Below, one piece after another: positions 11,648 through 22,426 of a stretch of DNA of 64,000 bases. Numbering within the stretch: the first letter of the stretch is position 1; every line of letters begins with the position of its first letter. The position numbers and the translations under genes are program-made. The notes beneath the pieces are model-generated. The model saw only the letters and a program-made list of their open reading frames with translations, did not search any database and had not been told where the DNA came from. Origin of the DNA: Squalus acanthias. Lineage: Eukaryota. The stretch spans positions 150,228,001 to 150,292,000 of the forward strand of contig CM059432.1 of NCBI GenBank assembly GCA_030390025.1, read 5' to 3'.

Positions 11648-13790
11648 GGGGGGTTAAATTGGGCTACCTAGCGACAGTTTTCAGATGCTGCACGCCTCCT
11701 AAGGCCCCAAAATGGCGAGAAGAAACAAAAATGGCAAGTACAAACAAGAGGCGTTGTTTACCCACACCTGAAGCAGGCGTTATGCTGTTTGCATAAGGGG
11801 CCTAACGCCTGCTTCAGTTCCCTGCTGCAACATTGCTGGCTGCTTCAAGGAAAATCAACCCTAAAGATCACCTACATAAAAAAAGGTAAGTTACTTACCA
11901 CAATCACCATCCTGAATGCTGCCGCTGCCAGACCCAAGATCCTTGACCACCGACCTCCAGGCCCTAGCCCCGACCACCGATGTCGCTCCCTCCCGGCCCC
12001 CCGACCCCTGATCTCCCTACTCCCAAGTGCCGATCGAGACCCCCCCGCAACCCCCCGACATATCATTCCGAGGCCCCGATGCCTCCCTCCCGATGCCCTG
12101 ATCGCTCCTCCCACAAGCGCCCGATTGCTCCTCCCGAGCCCTACAATTCCTTCCGAGCCACGCGATCATCCCAAAGCCCGCAAACCAAACCCCGTCACTT
12201 ACTTATGCGGCCTCTTCCCGCAGTATCGTTTTCAGTCAAATGAGATTCTAGGCCCAATATCCGGGGCTCGTTTGACTGAACCATTTGTACGGCACCCACC
12301 CATACTTCTCCACATGTTCTTTATTCATCTCTTCTAGCAGGTTCCCATTCTGTCTCTCCTACTAAGCCCAATACCAGCCAAGCTAGCAACTTAACCATAC
12401 TATCCAATTCCAATCTCATATCTTTCAGACCCTTGATCGACAAACAATGTTTACAACAATAGCTCAAGGTTAGGTGCCTGGAGGATAGAAGCTCCTTTGT
12501 CTTCAACCCGTTTCCCTTCTCGCCACCCTTCCTATCTATTTTTCTCAAAAAGGCTTTGTTTGCTTTCAAAATTCAACTTACTTTTTAAAAATCAAATTAG
12601 AATAAGGAAAGACACTGTCTTCCTTTTCTCAGCCCTCTACTACCTTAGTCTGTGAATGTACAAATTACAGCAATTGATGGGCTTCCTCTCGGGTTTTATC
12701 ATTTGTCTTGGCAATCTGAAATCACATATTAAAGGGGTTATTTTGGTGAAAGGGTGGAAACAGGCGTTGAGTGGGTGCTGTGCTAATAAGACACGCCTGT
12801 TTGAAAGTCTGGTTTTAGCACGCAATTTTGGGCCTAATTGCTGATTACCATCATTTGAACTTGCCTGGAGGAGCTAAAACAGAGACACCTGCAGGTTTAG
12901 CACTCACGCGCTGATTAGAAGCAATTTTCGTGGAGCGGTATATATGGACTCCACGCACCCACTTCCACTGAAGGTGTGGAGTGCGCTGGCTGACACACAA
13001 CGGCAGGTTTCAGGATGGCTCAGGGAGCGAGGGAGCGGCACACAGGTTCTCGGACGCGGCACTGGAGGTCCTGGTGGAGGAGGTCCGGAGGAGCAGGGAT
13101 GTCCTGTACTCGCAGGGGGGGGAGGAGTCCACCTCGCCCTCCTGTTCCTCTCTCCTGTGGCAGCTGGTGCTGCTCTACCTGGCCTCACGTCCTCCTCTCA
13201 TGCCTCCTGCAGACCAAGGGGAACCCCTAGAAAGATGCCCATGACCAAGCACTCCCTTTCTCCTGGTGACTCCTACAAGGTGTCCAATAAGGTGGAGTAG
13301 CACAGCACTTACCCTTTTTAGGTGAAGTCCTCAGAGAATTTCCAGAATTAATGTTGATAGACTATTGGTGAAGTCTTGACAAACTGTCCCAGAAAGTCTA
13401 CCCATGGGTTTCAAAAGTCCTCTTCAAACCTCCAGCAGCAAGTGAACAGTAAAAGGTGAGTATGCCTTTAAGTAGCGCTCAAAATCCTCAGCAATGGCTT
13501 GTTTACTCCTGTTCAGCTGATCGCTGTTAGGAGAGGGCATTAGGTCAAGCGCTATCCACCAAAATGCCATTCATGCTCTTTAATGAGCGCTAGCAGGCAA
13601 TTTAAATGGCAATCAGCCCCTTAACAATCCTCTGGGCGGCTGTTCCTAGAACGCGCTTCAACTCCTTTACCAAGATGGCGTCTTGCGCTAAACTGCCGTT
13701 TCAGCTCAAGACCCCATCTTGGCTACCTCGGAGGCTCCTTAGCGCCTCAATGAGCCGGCAAAAATCAGCCCGAAATTTTTATTGGGCGAG
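11648..13790. mobile_element. Composite of internally deleted Harbinger-derived elements
   Basis: GC-rich, TIR-like start gggggttaaattggg; Myb/SANT N-terminal remnant MAQGARGS..RFSDAALEVLVEEVRRSRDVLY at about 13015-13115 (+); boundaries approximate. Confidence 0.55.
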
Positions 13791-13979
13791 ACTTTGCTGA
13801 AAAGATAATGGCGTCTGAACGACACTGGATGGTATCTGTTACTTGTAGAGGAAAGGAAGTTACCCTTTCCAGGTTCCATCTTCTGATCTAAAAAGGGTTG
13901 GACGCTGGGCCTAAAGCCGACTTCTTCTGGACACTCCTGAAAATGGGCACCGTTCCAGCGAAAGGAGGAAATTGAGATT

Positions 13980-14302
13980 TTTTTTAAAATTCACTCCTGG
14001 GATGTGGGCGTCGCTGGCAAGGCCAGCATTTGTTGCCCATCCCTAATTGCCCCTCGAGAGGGTGGTGGTGAGCCGCCGCCTTGAACCGCTGCAGTCCGTG
14101 TGGTGAAGGTACTCCCACAGTGCTGTTATGGAGGGAGTTCCAGGATTTTGACCCAGCGACGATGAAGGATTGGTGATATATTTCCAAGTCAGGATGGTGT
14201 GTGACTTGGAGGGGAACTTGGAGGTGATGGTGTTCCCATGCGCCTGCTGCCCTTGTCCTTCTAGGTGGAAAAGGTCGCGGGTTTGGGAGGTGCTGCCGAA
14301 GA
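13980..14302 (-). mobile_element. 3' fragment of the LINE family seen at 50355-53503
   Basis: High identity to 50360-50670 (gggatgtgggcgtcgctggc...ggaggtgctgc). Confidence 0.85.
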
Positions 14303-16474
14303 AGATGGGAGGCCTGCCTCATTGATGTGCTTTCTTGGAGCATATCAACTCCGCCTCTCCTCCCCCAGGGGATCTGCAGCAAACCCCTGCACAATGTAAA
14401 GGGAAGGTGAAACAGACCTTCCTCTCCCACCCCACCCCACCCCCCATTATTTCCCTGTGCTTTTCACCTAGTAACTGAGCATTCTCCAGATACAAAGGAA
14501 GAAAAAAAATCAACTCTTAGGGGAGCTTCCGCTGCCAGTCGGATCCAGAAATCTAAGTGTGAGAACAGCCCTTTTCATACATCTCTCGTGTTTTATCTGT
14601 GTCATCAAAATTTAAACTGGGTTTTAGTTGAACCCAAAAACTGGAAACAATAATTATGATACAGTAGAAAAAGATGACAATCAAAATCCTGAAATGCAAA
14701 GCTCAAGAAATTTCCTCTCGCTATCAGTGGCAATTCCCCCATCGATTGAAATTATAATCCTTTTCCTGTTCTGTTTTTAGAATTTATTTGCGGAACATGG
14801 ATTGTTCTTTTTCAGTTCAATGATAGTTTTTGTTGATCGATGGAATGTGAAAAATTAAAAACATTCTTTGTAATATGAAAAAAAAATAGACACTTCTACT
14901 AGTTGAACACCACAATAGGGTTGGTAAACTTGATGGGTTAAAGTGGGGAAAAAGTTAATATTTCTGACATTGACTGTTGAGGACATTCACTGTAGGTAGA
15001 CCTGTAACCAAACATTCAACTGGGCTTGGATTCACTTTGACTGGTACATTTAATCCATCATGTTTTTATTTTCCTAATTTCATTTTGATTAAAGCTATCT
15101 GTAGAGCACAAGAGACATAGCTCATAGTCATTTCTTAAACCTTGTACAGTCTTTTTACAATGGACAAAAGATACATCTCTTGCACAATAAGATCATTTTA
15201 ATCATGCATATAACATACACATTCCCTGGAATAACTGAAATCAGGCTATAATGCACCACATTTTTCTTATAAGCGATCTTTATCACAGCTCCTTCATTAA
15301 CTTCAACAGCAAACCAAAGGGCAAACAAATTTCCTTGTAATGATCACTTAAACAGCACACTGGCTTTTGGAATTTTAAGCTCTTTCTCCCACCACCCCAG
15401 AAAATGTGATCCGTTCCAAGCCTGTAATCTGGAGCAGAGCTGGAACATGACTGTTAATAGGAAAGAATCAAAAGGTACCAACAATTGGACTTTTCTATAA
15501 TGCAAGCATTGTATATAATAAACTGAACTAGAATCTCAATTTATACTCTTTTTAGTAAAGTTCCACCTTTTCAGCTGCTACAGCCATTTCACTCGATGCA
15601 CTTTGTCTCATGCCGCTCTGCTGAAAATAGAAATCCATTCAACTATTCAACTCTGCTTTCATCTCAGCTCAACAATGTCAAACATTTCCAGAATCTCTTA
15701 TGAAATAATCTCAGCTTGAAATTCAGCTGGATTCTGTATCAAAAAACAAACCCTACCCCAAAAAGACTAAAGTAATGCATATTGTGCAACTTAGGCTAGT
15801 CCTCAGCAGTTTATTGATTACTCAATTGTGTTCAATACCAAGGCAAATAAGCAATACAAAAGGTAACAGTAACCATCTAGAGGTAAATCCCTTTAATATT
15901 CAACTTGAACCACAGCAGCTGTTAGATTTCTGTGGAGATGCGTTTTTTTTTTATTGATCTTGTTTGAATCTCCTGTGGTGTTGCTCATACTGAGGCAGGG
16001 GATCTGCTGGGAGTTCCAGGGCCTCGAAGACTGGGGAGGTGCAATAAATTGGGTGCAGAGGTAAGGTGGCATTGAGAGTAGGGCAAGCCCAAGTCAATGT
16101 AACCTGACCTGCTCCCTGCCACCAGTTTGGGTCATGGCAGCAGATTGGTTAAGTACAAAATCTGCTGTTATCATGCTTGCCGGCTATATGCTGGTACAGA
16201 GGTGGCAAAGACAGTTTTCAAAGCTCTTTTTGTGTTTAACAGCAGCTTCCTTCAGGGATCTAGGCTGACTGTATCTCATAGGGGATGGGACTGCTTAATG
16301 GCTGAGAATAAGCCTTAGATGGATGAGGAGGGAGTGTGTCTGACAGCCAAGGGCTGACTGGGTGGAAGGTGGGGTCTTACAGCTGTGCCTCTCTGAAATT
16401 TTCTCTTTCACACTGTCTGACTCGCTCTCTCTCTCTTTCAGGAATACATGTCCCTGTCATTTTCACATACTTTT

Positions 16475-16656
16475 GGGATAATTTTCAACTTTTGCGGGGG
16501 CAGAGAACAGGCAGTATCGGATTGGCCGCCTGTATACACCTCATCTGATTTTCCTTTCCATTGAAGTCAGTGGAAGGAAAATCGGGCGGGGTGTATAACG
16601 GGCAGCTGATCCAATACCGCCAGCTTTCTACCCCTGCCAAAGTCGAAAGTTATACC
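16475..16656. mobile_element. Palindromic MITE, 182 bp
   Basis: Whole element folds back; centre ccattgaagtcagtgg; TTT duplication on both sides. Confidence 0.75.
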
Positions 16657-16669
16657 TTTGGTCTCAACA

Positions 16670-17030
16670 CCTTCTCTCGCTCTCTGCTCCTTCCATCCTG
16701 TCTCTTTCTCCTTTCATTTCTCTGCCTTTTTTGGTTCTCTCTCTCTCTGCTCTTCTAATTCTTGCTTCCTTTCCTCACTCACTCTGCTCACTCCCTCCTC
16801 TTCTGCATCTCTCCCCCTCTTTTCATCTTCCCCTTGTCTCACACTCGGCCTTTTATCCTGCCTCTCCTCTTTTATTTTTCCGTTCTTTCTTGGTTCACTC
16901 TCCTTTGTTTTCTTCTAATGCTCCCTCTCCTTTTGTTTTGCCAACTGCCCTTCTGCCTCTCTTTCCTTTCTTCTACTTTGCTCACCCTCATCTTTCTACC
17001 TTCCCTTTTCTTACCTTTCTCTCTGTCAAT
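16670..17030. repeat. Pyrimidine-rich (CT) low-complexity tract
   Basis: About 360 bp dominated by C and T on the plus strand. Confidence 0.85.
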
Positions 17031-18292
17031 TTTGCAGCAATTCACGGAGTAGAAGGGATCAGACAAGGTCGCAGGCCAGTGGTTTGGGAAGCGGAAGAGA
17101 TTGGGCAGGGCTGCAGCCCGACATCAGGAAGAAATTGTAGGGACCAGGAGTGGACAACGGATCAAAAAATCAGCAGGGAATAGGGCTTCAAAAAGTAGAC
17201 AGTGGGTAAGTGGAACGAGTTACATTTACTTCCTGTTATATTAACAGGTAGTATGAACTCTATGCAAGACTTTATATATTAGTAGCTGAAATCGTGTCAC
17301 ACTGCACAAGGGGTGGCAAGACCAAGCGCAGTCTTCAGGTGAAGCGGGGTTAGAGGGTGGAGGATAATTGGACAAGTGTGCAGACCTAAATCTGCCCCTA
17401 TTTTCAAGTCATACAGTCTGTCCTTTGTGATGCAGTGACTCCACTGGTGGGAGGAGTGCAATTACAGTATGCCAAGTTTCCATTATACATGTGGATGTAC
17501 ATTCCAATTTATAATGGAAAAAATTGGCAGAAAATACATGAAGATATAAGATTTTTAGATAGATAGATACATTTAGAATTCCACTTTGTTACTTTAATGG
17601 ACACATCTGAGTAGAAGAGGTTTGCACAAAATGTTCTTGTACAAAATGTCTGCTCAAGGGTTTGCATTAATGGAAGTACGAAGCCAACAAAGTTGTAGCA
17701 AAATACATTAGCTGAAACCATTAGCTTAAAATATCACCTGTATCATAATTATACTATTACACACAGTGAAGATACTCTTAAAGGGAGGGTAAAATCAGTG
17801 TGAAAACTCATATAGTAATTAACACATCAAATAATATTTCACTTAATTTATTGGCTTTAAGATCCAGCCCAAGCAAATTCCTAAATGGAACAAGCCAGGA
17901 TAAAACTCTCCCTACCTTTTCAAAAACAAAAGCAGCCCAGGAGCAGGGCCACTCATGAGGATTTTTAAAAATGCACAAACAAAATCTACACAAATAAAAC
18001 CAGCATTTAATGCATTCAATTAATAATGCATCAAAAGCGTAGTTATTTTACATAATGTTTATTTGATCAGCATCTGCCTGACCAGGGTCTGAACAGCAGC
18101 ATGATATCAAGATTTTTAACAGGAGCAGCTTGGTGATGGCTGAATCATGTACACAAGAATTCGATTTAGCACATTTCAAAAAAAAAACTAACAAAGTAAC
18201 TGGCTTTAAGATACAGGAGTAAAACAATCCCAAATTTTGATTCTACCCTTTTTAATACAGCAGCAGTATTTTTGTCAGATGAGTGTGTGGCT

Positions 18293-18363
18293 TCTGGGAA
18301 AGAGACCGGTTCACTGTGAGACCTGCTACTCACTCTCTTACAGTGTAACGGCCCCCTCTCCAG
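18293..18363 (-). ncRNA. MIR128-2: pre-miR-128-2 hairpin (intronic, sense to ARPP21)
   Basis: Exact mature miR-128-3p UCACAGUGAACCGGUCUCUUU at 18299-18319; 5p arm GGGGGCCGUUACACUGUAAGAGA at 18334-18356; loop GUGAGUAGCAGGUC; ARPP21 is the known host of miR-128-2. Confidence 0.97.
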
Positions 18364-18507
18364 ATGCTTGGTACTGTGTCCAACGAGCCGACTCTTCAAG
18401 GTACTTGCTAAGTAGCTCCCATCTTCAAAACGTATCATTCCTATTGTAGAGGTACTATATACCTTAAAAAAAACTTTAATTTAGATAGCCAACTAAATAA
18501 TATTACA

Positions 18508-19000
18508 ATAGCAAAATACTGCGGATGCTGAAAATCTGAAATAACAACAGAAAATGCTGGAAGCACTCAGCAGGCCAGGCAGCATCCGTGGAGATAGAAA
18601 CAGAGTTAACGTTTCAGGTCTGGGACCCTTTATCAGAACTGGAAAAGGTTAGAGATGTAACAGATTTTAAGTTAAGGTACTTTACAGCCTTCTGGACTCA
18701 ACATTGAGTTCAACAATTTCAGACTATAACCCCAGCCCCCATTTTTCAGGCTGTTTATGATTCTGCCATCCCCATTTGCAACATTTAATCTCTCCTGCCT
18801 CCTACCCGAGCACAGAATGTACCTTCAGTTCCTTCCTCCCCTCCCCCTTTCCCTGTCTCTGCACCTGCTTAAAACCTGTTACATCTCTAACCTTTTCCAG
18901 TGCTGATGAAGGGTCCCAGACCTGAAACGTTAACTCTGTTTCTCTCTCCACGGATGCTGCCTGACCTGCTGAGTGCTTCCAGCATTTTCTGTTGTTATTA
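18508..19000. mobile_element. Penelope-like fold-back insertion (inverted pseudo-LTRs)
   Basis: 132-bp inverted arms 18540-18671 and 18868-18999; 14-bp target duplication taaataatattaca (18494-18507, 19001-19014); same family as 48284-49938. Confidence 0.88.
18899..18935 (+). ncRNA. Minimal type I hammerhead ribozyme motif
   Basis: CTGATGA-a-gggtc/cca/gacct-GAAA-cg-T-T-aact; palindromic stem III AACGTT; mirror copy at 18604-18640 (-) has CTGATAA. Confidence 0.7.
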
Positions 19001-20340
19001 TAAATAATATTACACCCTTGAACACTTTAGAGGAAATGGTGATATCAAATAGATATAAACACTGAGTGGCTGATTATCTCACAACATTTTATTTAACTGC
19101 TTAGAAATTCTGTAGTAGCCTTGCATTTTGTTGGCATGATTTCTAACTTAAGAAATAGTTTGTTTTGCATCTGTGATTCACTTCCATTCCCCAATATTAC
19201 ACAAGCAGTGGTGCACCTGCGGCTGTTACCTGTTTCGAGCAGCAGCATACTGCCACAAATAGCAACTTTTGAGCTGTGTAATTTTTTAGGAAATATAAAA
19301 AGTATTCTTTAAACTAAGTGTTAAAAGCGGCCGGTTGCTTTCTTTATTTCAAAGGGCGTGACTGACCTTTGTTCCTTTTAAACCAGCTTACTTAAATATT
19401 TTAAAGTGATTAATCTAACTGGCAGGCCCCGTGTTTTGCAGAAATTAATATGATGGGACTCTAAATTAGAACCAGCCACTTCATTCTGAATCAGAAATTG
19501 TTTATAGAAATTTAATTATTGTGCAATGTCATACTTAAAGTTGATGTTACAGTTGTGCGGTGGCACTGGTAACCGTGAAAGTGACCATGGGCAGTTGTAA
19601 ATCTATGGAAGTGTTATTTTACAGAATTTCTGTTTGTTACAATTTAAGTAGATAAATGCAGAGCATATCTGCAGATCTTGCTGGATTTGGATGATGTTCA
19701 GATAAAAGGGAGCTAGCTAAATGAGTCTACATGAGGGATATGGTGCAACTGCTATCAAGAAGCACTCAAAGACCCTATAGTTGACATTCACTGTATTTTA
19801 TAACTTTACCTGGTTTAGTACCAATAAATTTTTTATTATTTGTTTTAGCTTGTCAAATCTCTGATCTGCGATTTTCACTTACCCAAAGAGGCTGAAGGTA
19901 TAGTGGGAATCCTACATTATTCGCAGTATTAGTACTGCAAATGGGATAATCGTTAATCTCCAGGTTCATGCACTCTCCTAGGGCAGAAAGTGAAAAGTCG
20001 CAGATTTCCGATTGTAAGGGCAAGGTTCGCTTGCAGAAACTGTCATCAGGGGCACTGAACAAGAATATGGTGCAAAACAACCCAAAACTGTAATGCATGC
20101 ACATAAGCAAGCATTACATGGAAATGAAAAGGAAAGGCAGTGATGCGTACTGGGATGTGAAGCTCAGAAAGTGCACCAAGATTTTGATCCAGTGGAGAGT
20201 GTGAAATGTGGCTGTGGGCACCTGTTTTTCATTTGTCCCTAATTCTAACTGATTCCAAGTCAAGATAAGGCACAAGCACAAGGGGAGAACTGCAGGGCTC
20301 ACTTGGAGTAATCAGAAACAATACAGCAGAAATGACATAC

Positions 20341-20467
20341 CTGTCTGTTGTGTGGTTTGCGGTAACTGCTGACTTCGCTGTGCATTGTATTGAACAGAAG
20401 CAACAGGCCTGAACTGTTGGGCTGCTGAGGTAGGATACTGGCCAGATGGATAGTAATACACTGGCAT
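20341..20467 (-). CDS. ARPP21: ARPP21 internal exon, 127 nt (last exon found in window)
   Basis: MPVYYYPSGQYPTSAAQQFRPVASVQYNAQRSQQLPQTTQQT; ctctttcag / gtatgt. Confidence 0.95.
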
Positions 20468-22426
20468 CTGAAAGAGATTCACGGAATACATCTTAAGTTT
20501 CAATCCTTAACAGTGCATAAATAATTACTTGGTAAAATATTCAAAAACATAAGTGCGATTCTTACTAATTTCATTAGTCTATGACACAAACAAAATCATT
20601 GACTGAAAAGCAAAAAATTTAATGAATTAAAAATATATTTGCCCAACATTGTTATTCAGCTGATAAATGATTTGCTCTTTTGGATTCCTCTAAGTAACCT
20701 ATTTCCAGATGCACTATGCTGTCATCAATCTCATTATCACTGTGTGAAGCCATAAATCAGGATAGCGACTGCTGTGTTTTACTTCAGCCCAATCCCCAAC
20801 ACAATTAGTTCAAGCTCCAGGGAGGCACAGGCAGCTAGTAACATGATAACAGAATATACAATGTATATTGCATATATATCTAAAAATAACAGTTACATGC
20901 TTCTAGATTAGCAACACTATGCATGGTGGATTACTTCTTTTTTGGTATTTAAATGACCTGGGAAAGCAGTCTGTTCCAATAGGTTCCCTACAGGTCAAAC
21001 AGAAAGATACATAAAGTTTACAGACGTTAGGAAATGAAGGCAGATCTTTTTTGTCTGAAAATTCCATAATCCATTTCGGACAATCGTAGAAATGAGACAG
21101 ATGTGCAGATATTACAGTTATTTTTGTCAAAGGAAGCAATTTGCTGGTTCATGAAATTTGAAGTTTACAAAATTTCCACTCAGCCCAAGTTGTAACTAAT
21201 TGCTATGGGGAAACAAAACAATTATTCACACAGTAGGTTGTGTCTTTAAAATCTTGCCGATAAGCATTTGCATTAAAATTTATGTCTCTGAGTGCACATG
21301 TTAAATGGATAAATGTGCAAGGAAATAACTTGCTGCATCATTTCTCGATACTGGCCCAGTTTAATATTCAGCTTTTAGCCTAGTAAGATGTCTTATTCCA
21401 AGGAGAGTATTAGTAAGGTGTTGCGAAATACAATCAGTCTTTATAAAGACAGAAAATCACTGACCCTGCATGTTCAAGTCAATTAAATATGATTAATGGA
21501 AGCTTGTAACCTCCATATGGGCCTTACCTAGATATAACAAAAGGAATTGCAATCAAAGCTGCTTGCTTAATAATTTTCATTCAACAAGATGAAGCAGCAT
21601 GTTAACCATCTGGGAACTATTGTACTGTTTCTATGGCAATTTCAACCTACCGATATTGTAGCACCCCCTTAGATTCTCTCTAACTATAGATGGGCTTCAA
21701 TCTGCATTTCTTTCCCCTTTTCCTCTCACTTTTTCGTGGTATGCATGTTTTAAAACAAGTACCAATTCCTGTATATCTATCACAAGACAGATGCAATTAG
21801 TGGGTGATATAAAACTGGGAAGTAATGTTAGAGATAAAGCATAGCAGGGTATTTACACGGGATCTATGCTAGTGATCCTTGTCTCCTTAATATAGGCCAC
21901 CTGTATACAAGACTTACCTTGACTCTTTTCCTGAGGAGATGATGGGTGCCCTGTAGTTTATACCTATGCCATTTCACACAGTTATCTAAACGAGTTGCGG
22001 ATTGTCACTAATTTTAGAAAAAACAGATGTACCAATCAACATTTTTCTCTCTTCTACTCTTTCCAATCTAATGGAGATAAACCACTGTGAATGCACTTAT
22101 TCTCAATGGTGGAACTAAGAGAGGTACAGTGAGCTTGATAATAAAATCTTGCAGAGAGAAGTTTTTTTCATTTGTTCATGGGATGTGGGCGTCGCTGACA
22201 AAGCCAGCATTTATTGCCCATCCCAAATTACCCTCGAGAAGGTGGTGGTGAGCTGCCTTCTTGAACTGCTGCAGTTTTTCCTCGTGGCTTGATACAACTG
22301 AGTGGCTTGTAGGCTGTTTCAGAGGGCAGTTAAGAGTCAACCACATTGCCCAGACCGGGTAAGGGTGGCAGATATCCTTCCACATGGAAATCATGTTTGA
22401 CATATTTGCTGGAATTCTTTGAGGAT

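Noticed and set aside
16561..17183. Overlapping Leu/Phe/Ser-rich ORFs resembling membrane proteins
   Set aside because: Artefact of the CT-rich low-complexity tract
1..18200. Searched for the next ARPP21 exon (expected to begin roughly GYQPV)
   Set aside because: No matching frame with splice sites found by eye; it probably lies beyond the window start
20880..20889. MEF2-like site ctaaaaataa
   Set aside because: A single AT-rich match in AT-rich DNA is expected by chance
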